Shown: piece by piece, positions 7,701 to 14,395 of the stretch | Layout of the letters: each line of letters starts with the position of its first letter | Position numbering within the stretch: position 1 is the stretch's first letter | Source: a virus | Lineage: Duplodnaviria; Caudoviricetes | Direction: 5' to 3' (one strand) | Length of the DNA: 27,513 nt | IMG/VR virus record: IMGVR_UViG_3300036807_000011 | Coordinates: 1 to 27,513 of that record | Made by a program: the position numbers and the translations under genes | Notes under the pieces: generated by a model | Database searches by the model: none | Told to the model about the DNA's origin: nothing | Seen by the model: the letters and a program-made list of their open reading frames with translations, nothing else

Positions 7701-10700
7701 CTTTCTATAGAATGCTTGCGGTTCTGCTTACTAATTAGGTCAGCAAAGTTAGCGACTGTGTCTCCTAGTAATGTTCCCTTAGCGTCAACGCCCATAAAGT
7801 CTTTCAAGACTTGTATAATATTATCCCATAGAGTTGTGTCGCCAGTCTTAACACTTCTTAAGTAGTTCTGGAACTTAGTGTTGCTCATGGCTTCAGCCAA
7901 GAACTCGTCTACGTTAGTAAGACCATACCACTCTCCAATACGCGAACGCATTCCAGAGCTGTCCAAGAAACCTGTGGCATCATTCAAGCTGCCCATGATT
8001 CCTTTAAACTCATCAGGGGCGTTATCAAGAGCAGTCTTATAGCTCTCTAGTAAACGCTTGAGCGGAGGAGCTGTGTCAGCACTGGCGATGAGTTCATCAA
8101 CCTTTGCTAAATAGTCAGCTCCTTTAAGGTTACTGATTGTAGATATTTCTGGTGGGATGAAACGAACCTGAGCTGCGTGTGTTATTTCATGAAGCAGCGT
8201 TGCTTCTGTAAACACGGCATCTCTTGCCATTTCTCCCTGCGATATTTTTGTACGGTTCGAGTAAAGCTCGATGTTTTGTTGGTTTCCTTTGAACCCAAAC
8301 GAACCAAATGAGTCAGAGTCTTCTATAATAGTACGAACAGTTGTTTCAAGAAACTCGTTGTCCTTTCCTAAAATTTCTAAAAGACCAGCTGCTATGTTCT
8401 TAACTTGAGGTGTCGATCCATTCTCAGCAAAACGCTCTAGTGCAAACTTAGCGTTTGTCTCTCCAGCAATGTTTCCAGAAAAGTCACGCTCCATTCCCAC
8501 AACTTCCTTGTCGTTTATGTAACGAAGTGCGGGAAGCTGCATTACTTGCGCGAGGGCTGAATCGGTAATCTCTCCGCTATTCTTTGCTTCATCACCAGTC
8601 ATCAATCCCCATGTGCGAATCTCCTTTACGGAGTTCCTCATGCCATCGTTTAGTTCGATAGAGAAAGAATCTTTAGGGTTGTCAAAGTATTTAGATGAAA
8701 CCTCTGGGTTGTATTTTCTGAAGTGTCCAATTAAAGTTTCTTCAAGTAGATCAAGAATATCATCATTTTCCAGAACGTTATACGCTTGTGATTTTAAGTC
8801 GTTAAAAGTTTCCAAGAAATTAAGGTCATCTAGAACGTCTTCATCTAAATTAAGTTTATCTAGTTCATTATAAAAATCTGCAATAAAAGCTTTTTCAGCA
8901 AAAACTGTCCGACCTCCTCTACGAACTTGAGCTTGTCTCCATTGATAAAATAAATCAGAATCATTAAAGCCATCGAGTATATCGCTGGGGTTTTCTAAAA
9001 GGTCTTGTTCTTTTAAAGTTTTTACAAGATCATCATACTCGCCTTTAAGTGTTTTTGGACCCTTTGCCCTGTCTGTCTTAGACATTCCAACCTTACCGCC
9101 AAAAGGTTTAGCCACTTTGTTGACAGCAGAAACCATTTTATCTTTGTATTGGTTGTAACTCTTAGCATCTTGGCTGACCGCAAAGTCTTGTATCTCATCC
9201 CCTTCTTTAGTAAGTCTTTTGTTTAAAGTTTCAGAGGCATTCTTACCGAATACGTTTTCTGAATCTTCCGCATTCTTTACTATTTTTGTGACTGTTTCCC
9301 CGTCTGCCTTTGTGATGTCGTAAGATCGACTACCGTCCGCATTGAGAGCATTTAGTTTAATGTTATCAACTGTTGTGCCATACAGCGAAGCAATCTGATT
9401 CGGAGTAGACCACGATACTCTATCATAACCTTCCTTCGCAGCTAACTGCATTATCATACGCATAGATGCGGGTATGTAACTATCTTCTAGAGGTAGCTTA
9501 CCTTTATCAATCGCTCCGTCTCTGATAGCTTGACGTTTTCCTTGAAGTACGTCCGATTGAACTTCTTCAACATAAAGAACCCTTTGATTTGTATTTGCGT
9601 CTGTGCGGTCTGTAGTTCTAAAGTGTAGAAGAGTGTTATCCTTGAAGTGCTGGTTAGCATTATAAAGTCTAGCTTGTGATGAAGTTCCATCGCCAGCTTG
9701 TAAAACAAACTCACGGTAGTTATCTCCCCCTTCTTGATTTCCTAACCTTTCATAAGTTTTATTGGTATCTAGACCACTACGCTCTTTAAGCATATACTTA
9801 AACTGGTTCTCATTTAAGAACTCATCAACTTCTTTCTGTGTAACACGATCCTTACCTTTTGATTGCGCCCAGTCATCGAAGCCCATCCAGCGTAACTCTT
9901 CAGCTGTGCCTTTCTCACCAAACTTGATAAGCTCTTTCTCCATGACATTAACAGGAACAGATTTATTCTTGTCTATTCTCTTGGACTGAGTGAACACATT
10001 CTTAGATGCTTTAACGGCAGGACTGTAATCCTCTACTTGCACAGTTCTAATTTGTTTGAAGTCCATGCCTTCACCAATCTTCTTGGCTCCCACCGCATCG
10101 CCTCCTTTGAATTTCTTGTGCGCTCTAAGAGCCAGACCGAACGTACCCGCCATAGCTCCAGTGATGCCTAGACCTTCTAAGGTATTCTTGAAACGACCTT
10201 CGAGTTCTGAGTCATCACCGTCTGCTGCTAGGTATTCAGTGACAGGATTAGCTACGGATGGGAAAGCTTGTATTAGATTAGAGAGACGTTCTTCTTGTGC
10301 GTCGAACGCTACAAAGTCTGTAGCTGCTTCGGATGCTAGAACACCTTTCCAATTCAAGACTTCTTTACCCTTCTTGTTTACCTTCATGAAAGGCTTGGCA
10401 AACTTAGTAGCCTTACCAGCTGCGCTGAGACCTTTAGATATAGCACCGTAGGGAACGAGGAACTGCGTGATACCTTCAACAAGAGAGCCAGCAATAGTCT
10501 CTGATCTGCCTAAGAAACGGTTATCATAGTCTGGTAGGTAATCAAATGTTGCCCAATCAGCTAATTGATAGACACCTTGGACCGCTCCTTCAACACCTCG
10601 AAACGGTGCAGCGAGGATGTCCTTGACCATGCTGGGGTCTTTTTGGTTCTGTATCAGCTCATCTCCACCGTTATTAATGTTTTTGAGTATTTCGTCTGTG

Positions 10701-10717
10701 TTTAATCCAAGTGCCAT
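4766..10717 (-). CDS. Internal virion (ejection) protein, gp16-like, enlarged to 1983 aa by a polyvalent-protein-like insert with an HExxH metallopeptidase motif
   Basis: Position between gp15-like and gp17-like genes; helical termini (WFINSLLSGPRT, PFIRTPVNI, ITGGGP, KSYLAGL, PKRNILGEP) resemble podovirus gp16-like proteins; centre has LYVEEVQSD (9551-9568) and LLHEITH (8177-8191)...DEFLAEA. Confidence 0.8.
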   Translation of the reverse strand: MALGLNTDEILKNINNGGDELIQNQKDPSMVKDILAAPFRGVEGAVQGVYQLADWATFDYLPDYDNRFLGRSETIAGSLVEGITQFLVPYGAISKGLSAAGKATKFAKPFMKVNKKGKEVLNWKGVLASEAATDFVAFDAQEERLSNLIQAFPSVANPVTEYLAADGDDSELEGRFKNTLEGLGITGAMAGTFGLALRAHKKFKGGDAVGAKKIGEGMDFKQIRTVQVEDYSPAVKASKNVFTQSKRIDKNKSVPVNVMEKELIKFGEKGTAEELRWMGFDDWAQSKGKDRVTQKEVDEFLNENQFKYMLKERSGLDTNKTYERLGNQEGGDNYREFVLQAGDGTSSQARLYNANQHFKDNTLLHFRTTDRTDANTNQRVLYVEEVQSDVLQGKRQAIRDGAIDKGKLPLEDSYIPASMRMIMQLAAKEGYDRVSWSTPNQIASLYGTTVDNIKLNALNADGSRSYDITKADGETVTKIVKNAEDSENVFGKNASETLNKRLTKEGDEIQDFAVSQDAKSYNQYKDKMVSAVNKVAKPFGGKVGMSKTDRAKGPKTLKGEYDDLVKTLKEQDLLENPSDILDGFNDSDLFYQWRQAQVRRGGRTVFAEKAFIADFYNELDKLNLDEDVLDDLNFLETFNDLKSQAYNVLENDDILDLLEETLIGHFRKYNPEVSSKYFDNPKDSFSIELNDGMRNSVKEIRTWGLMTGDEAKNSGEITDSALAQVMQLPALRYINDKEVVGMERDFSGNIAGETNAKFALERFAENGSTPQVKNIAAGLLEILGKDNEFLETTVRTIIEDSDSFGSFGFKGNQQNIELYSNRTKISQGEMARDAVFTEATLLHEITHAAQVRFIPPEISTISNLKGADYLAKVDELIASADTAPPLKRLLESYKTALDNAPDEFKGIMGSLNDATGFLDSSGMRSRIGEWYGLTNVDEFLAEAMSNTKFQNYLRSVKTGDTTLWDNIIQVLKDFMGVDAKGTLLGDTVANFADLISKQNRKHSIESYKTPYGNPIKSRGARINENRFFQKSGEGRPEITIENRGGTLAVKGTVKAISEVESAYDLGEVLAKAETQVLEEMEKTGSIGFYEDGKLQGSDGLKGGGIVQAVEQARRSAEMSGQKIDIVESEVRAAGKDAAALRRISARMYTVESIAVQQGADIVEKAKKIASQSAEATDADRAELMGDIQKMLNLVAAGSNLRRGFGQGLQSTQFARTKLSLSAAERRSQEIVNQYMASNKGEKQNFDVLINRIILAGGDPKNASAKDMIDQMLGVVKAGRAAEGGKFMEMAQNWFINSLLSGPRTMMKNGVGNMVTQTLLQTELAIGGLSVDPAITRMVLKEMSTFESFRESMKYFLDVYSMKDQLLDIGRNPLENTANTGIPKYFDNAAPEETMKNSMNWFSENVVNIPAKTLMAMDEVFKQSLFRSNAKMEWTLKGMKLGIKDPDALTEYVMRGMDAVLVDGERAFSDAGVMKFAQATVKKMDDALVAGGKKPMSPQKRGSEVNRIIGEETNKRADMLKSVEEGGLGIENISDIDNVAARSLEQARYGTFTNDAGAFADLAQAMTSKVPPLRLIFPFIRTPVNILKFSFDRASGGAMDAGRSALAMMPDMPMLKRTQDELRMKLESRNPIEVARTRGKIATSVMINSTLIYMIMANRDFITGGGPKDTAQRKTLEATGWQKYSLKFGNKYAGFAGLDPLGTHFGVLVDIVEQLDDHASSNTTLAEQMFAAASISLSRNVTEKSYLAGLKFLTDAISEPDRKMERAVRNIAGGFVPNVLYQGQSVMGDTTLREVRSLSDAFMKKLPMGNDNLDPKRNILGEPVIMEQIPFVGPFNPSAISTRDGDVVFEELASLEHGFTQTSTTLDRSIDMTEFVNDKGQSAYDRRLELLSDTKIRGKTLRQELEKLISSKRYQRLSPLTDGALKSPRVQLINKVMSKYRSRSLSLMMEEFPEIEREYKRMRSINTQAQRGASTETLQALLDA

Positions 10718-10723
10718 AATTTT

Positions 10724-13330
10724 TTATTTATCCTTTTTTGAAAATCCAAATCCAACAAGAGTGTAAGCGTTCACCTGATAGCCTACCATTTTTTGTATTA
10801 TTTCTAGTGTACCAGCCTCATCCATGTTGGATGTATCATATAGTGATGATGCGTATTCTCTTAACATGACCTCTTCTTGAGTAGTTAGATTGTCAGAGTC
10901 GGTGAAGGCTTTGTCAACCAAGTCATAAGGAAGAATGACTATCGCTGATTGGCTGATTTCTGTGGCAGAGAATTTTACACCATTGATACTTCCTGAACCA
11001 AGTTCTTCTAATGTAATTGGAGCAGTGCCGTCTTCGGAAGCACGTTTTAAAGTCTCTCCGTGTAAATATTCTCCAGCTTTTTCCTGATATTTAATGGCTT
11101 GTTTAGCTAATTTTTCATCAGATAGTCTAACCTTTTTATTGCTGTTGTTTATATTGACATAAACCATATCGAACTTCCCGTCTTGCCAACTCACTACATC
11201 ATCCCCTTTAACCTCGTGTCGGGTAGCCCCATCTCTGTAGGAACCCATACCAAAACCTCGGCTTGTGCTATTTAGGTCTTTAAGCATTTTCATTCGATTA
11301 AATGCCCCGTTTTGTAGTGCCTGATATGCGGGCGTTCCACTTATAAATCCTTTTTTGCCGTTCAAAGCGTGTGGGACTAAGCCGCTTATTTCTTGAAGTT
11401 CAACAACAGGTTGCTCAGTTTTTTCGCTCGCTGTCTTCTGATCTTCTAATACGGTTGCTGGGTCTTCTTCCGCACCTACTCGACCGTCAAGCTTACCATC
11501 AGCCATGTCAGCTTTTAGGTCAGCCTTACGTCTTAATCTTAACTGTTTGCCTTCTTCAATTTTCTTTTGATAGAAAGCTTCACTAGTCAGATTTGCTTCT
11601 TCAGTAGAAGGCTCTCTGTTAAGTATTTCGTTTGCTAGAACATCGGTCTCAGCTTCATACTCAGTTGCTTTTTCCAATGCCTCTGGTGCGCGTTCAAGGA
11701 CTTTGGGGTCTACTGAATCTCCCACCATTGAATCAAGTTTATAGCCATCTATAATCATTGACGAATATGTTTCTGTATCGTCGCCCCCAATATCATCCTG
11801 AAAGCGTAGCTCTTTTATAGACTCTTCTTTGTCATTAACGAACTGATCGTGATCCTTCTTCTTCTCAGCAACAAAGATCATTCTAGCCTTCATTGCTTGT
11901 GCAGGTTTATCGATAGGGTCAATATCAGGATTGGCGTAGATAGCATCAATGATAGGATTTAGTTCTTCCAACCATTCTTGTGTCTGGTTCGCTCTATCTA
12001 ATTCCGTATCCATTCTTTCGTAAACTGGATTACCTGCTGAATCTTTAACAGCCAGAAAATCCATAAACTCGGAGCTTGCTACATTTACTCCTGAATTTGT
12101 TCGCTGTGTAACAACCCTCATTTGTTCTTTAACAACCTCGTCCGAGAACTGTCTTACTATTAATGCCTTGGTTCCTTCAGATATACTTTTATCATCCTCT
12201 GGAATCTTAGCGACAGCGTCTGACACAGCCCTAGCAACATCAGCAGCGTTCTTTGCTTTCGATGTATCAACTGTGATTGTAAGACCGTCATTTATGAATA
12301 GTTCTGTAGATGGTGGAAGGTCTTGCCCTAAAGCGATAGCGTTAGAATAAATTGCTTGGAACTCACTAACGGAGTCATTACGTTTTGTCTCTACGCCCTG
12401 AGCTATTAGGTCTAGTCTTTTATCTTCATTAGACCTAGCATTTTGTAGCTGGTCCAAAAACTCTTCGTTGACCGCTCCGTTACCTATTTTTATACCACCC
12501 TCTTCATAAAGCTCAATTATTCGATCTGCTTTTGCTGGGTTCTTTTCTCTTAAATTAGTAACAACGCCTACAAGTATATCTTGATTTTGCTCAACCGTTC
12601 CCGCACCAGTAGCATCATCCCAATCAGGTGCTGACCAAGTTGAGTCAGAAAATTTCTGAGATATGTCTGTAATAGTTTCAGCCTTGTGTTCACGAATCAT
12701 GTGAGCGTTCTTGAGTTCCCCAAACCTAGCCTTGGTTGATTCACTGATGCTGTTAATCTGTTTATAGAACTCTTGTTCTCCTAGACCAGTTAATCCGTAC
12801 TGCTCCGATATCTCATCCGCTTTAGTCTGAAAGTCAAAGCTTTCATCCTCAGCGTATTTGTCCATGTTAGTCAAGTAGTCTTCAGTGAAGACACCAGCCA
12901 CACGACTACCCACACGCCTGTAAGCACGTTCGTAGTTGTTAGGGTTCTCAGCGAAGGTTATGAGCTTCTTACGTTGAGCCTCATCTATTTTCCTTTTGTC
13001 GTTGTTGATTGATTCAGTAAGACCAGAGGAGTCTCCAGCATCTAATAACTTAAGTTGCTCAGGTGTTAACAACTCCGTAGCATCTGCCATAGCAAGAGAC
13101 TGTTGCTCTTTAATGTTTGCGTAACCTTTGAGTATTGGACCAGAGTAACGCTCTAGCGAGTCTGAGAGCTGCGACAAGGCATTTGTTTTGGAGTATACAG
13201 GGGCAGCTACCGAATAGTTACCAGCACTCACTTGAGGAGCGCGGAAGGTCTGCTCGTCAAGGTTAAGGTCTACATCAACACGTGAGTCATTTCCTCCGAG
13301 GAGGGATTTGAGAGTTTGTTTTCTTGCCAT
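10724..13330 (-). CDS. Internal virion protein, gp15-like (868 aa)
   Basis: Gene order (between gp14-like and gp16-like), size and charged helical composition; no diagnostic motif recognised. Confidence 0.65.
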   Translation of the reverse strand: MARKQTLKSLLGGNDSRVDVDLNLDEQTFRAPQVSAGNYSVAAPVYSKTNALSQLSDSLERYSGPILKGYANIKEQQSLAMADATELLTPEQLKLLDAGDSSGLTESINNDKRKIDEAQRKKLITFAENPNNYERAYRRVGSRVAGVFTEDYLTNMDKYAEDESFDFQTKADEISEQYGLTGLGEQEFYKQINSISESTKARFGELKNAHMIREHKAETITDISQKFSDSTWSAPDWDDATGAGTVEQNQDILVGVVTNLREKNPAKADRIIELYEEGGIKIGNGAVNEEFLDQLQNARSNEDKRLDLIAQGVETKRNDSVSEFQAIYSNAIALGQDLPPSTELFINDGLTITVDTSKAKNAADVARAVSDAVAKIPEDDKSISEGTKALIVRQFSDEVVKEQMRVVTQRTNSGVNVASSEFMDFLAVKDSAGNPVYERMDTELDRANQTQEWLEELNPIIDAIYANPDIDPIDKPAQAMKARMIFVAEKKKDHDQFVNDKEESIKELRFQDDIGGDDTETYSSMIIDGYKLDSMVGDSVDPKVLERAPEALEKATEYEAETDVLANEILNREPSTEEANLTSEAFYQKKIEEGKQLRLRRKADLKADMADGKLDGRVGAEEDPATVLEDQKTASEKTEQPVVELQEISGLVPHALNGKKGFISGTPAYQALQNGAFNRMKMLKDLNSTSRGFGMGSYRDGATRHEVKGDDVVSWQDGKFDMVYVNINNSNKKVRLSDEKLAKQAIKYQEKAGEYLHGETLKRASEDGTAPITLEELGSGSINGVKFSATEISQSAIVILPYDLVDKAFTDSDNLTTQEEVMLREYASSLYDTSNMDEAGTLEIIQKMVGYQVNAYTLVGFGFSKKDK

Positions 13331-13908
13331 TATGTTTTGATAGAGCTGAGAGTTCCGTAAGTGTTAAGACCTGTGTTTGCACCTTTCAGGATTCCCCCAA
13401 GGTAGTCAGGCTGTTCGATTGGCTTGTTAATAGCAAGCAGACGCTGTGAAGAACCTAGAGCGTTGTCTTGCATACGTAAGTCTGTAGCAATTCCAGATTG
13501 CTCTAGTTGTCTTGTAAGTCCAAAGCTGTAAACTGCTTGCTTACGTGTTAGGTCATTCATTAGAGCGTCAACGCTGATACCAGATACGCCAGCCTCACCA
13601 GCAGATACACGAGCAGTTGCTCTAGCTTCTCTTGCCTTAGTAACGGACTTCTGTAATTGAGTAGCAGCTTGCTCCTCTTGGAATCTTTGATTGATACGTT
13701 CAGCAGACTGTTGTTGGAGAAGACGTTGTTGCTCTGCCTTAGTTTGGTTTGCTTGAGCTTGGGCTTGCGCCTTGGCTGCCTGTTGTTGTCCTCTTATACT
13801 GAGAGCTGAAGTAGCTACTCCCATCGTAGTAGACAGAATAGTAGCACCTACTCCAGCTGCCGCTGCACTGCTAGCTCCTGCGGCTAATCCTATTGTTACT
13901 GGACACAT
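13330..13908 (-). CDS. Internal virion protein B, gp14-like
   Basis: MCPV start, A/G-rich hydrophobic N-terminus, Q-rich coiled coil and ARVSAGEAGVSGISVDAL motif typical of T7 gp14 homologs; 192 aa. Confidence 0.85.
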   Translation of the reverse strand: MCPVTIGLAAGASSAAAAGVGATILSTTMGVATSALSIRGQQQAAKAQAQAQANQTKAEQQRLLQQQSAERINQRFQEEQAATQLQKSVTKAREARATARVSAGEAGVSGISVDALMNDLTRKQAVYSFGLTRQLEQSGIATDLRMQDNALGSSQRLLAINKPIEQPDYLGGILKGANTGLNTYGTLSSIKT

Positions 13909-13909
13909 A

Positions 13910-14395
13910 TTATTCTTTCTCCTTTTTGGTTATTGTAAATTCATAGAAGGGGTGGTCAGAGAATTTATACTCTTGCCCCATCTCCGCACCACACCACTTA
14001 AGCCAAGCGATGGCTGCTTTATTATCTTTGTGAACAAAGTTCTTTGCTCTTGTGTATGACTCAACGAGTGTGTTAACCACAAACCTAGAGCCTCTTATAA
14101 AATCGTATTTGCAATCAACCACTGAATCTGTTGATAGCATCCATATATACCCATCACCCTCAAAGTTGAGGGAACCAGTTCCAAACATACAGAACGGTAC
14201 ATCATACGGATCGAACACTGTGTAAGTCACCGTGTCGGCACCTAGTGCTACTTCCAAAGCTTCCTTCGGAGTGTAACCCATGCACTCACACTCAATCTTA
14301 TCTACCTGCCTCATGAACGGATAGATGTGTTCTATGTCGTCCTCAACGGACTCACACATATAAATCTTACCTTGTTGATAGATTTTCTTACGCAT
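13910..14395 (-). CDS. gp13-like protein (internal virion protein A / DUF2833, GNAT-like fold)
   Basis: MRQVDKIEC, CMFG, IWMLS, NFVHKDNKAAIAWLKWCG and PFYEF motifs. Start placed at ATG 14395, overlapping the end of tail tube B, rather than 14473. Confidence 0.8.
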   Translation of the reverse strand: MRKKIYQQGKIYMCESVEDDIEHIYPFMRQVDKIECECMGYTPKEALEVALGADTVTYTVFDPYDVPFCMFGTGSLNFEGDGYIWMLSTDSVVDCKYDFIRGSRFVVNTLVESYTRAKNFVHKDNKAAIAWLKWCGAEMGQEYKFSDHPFYEFTITKKEKE

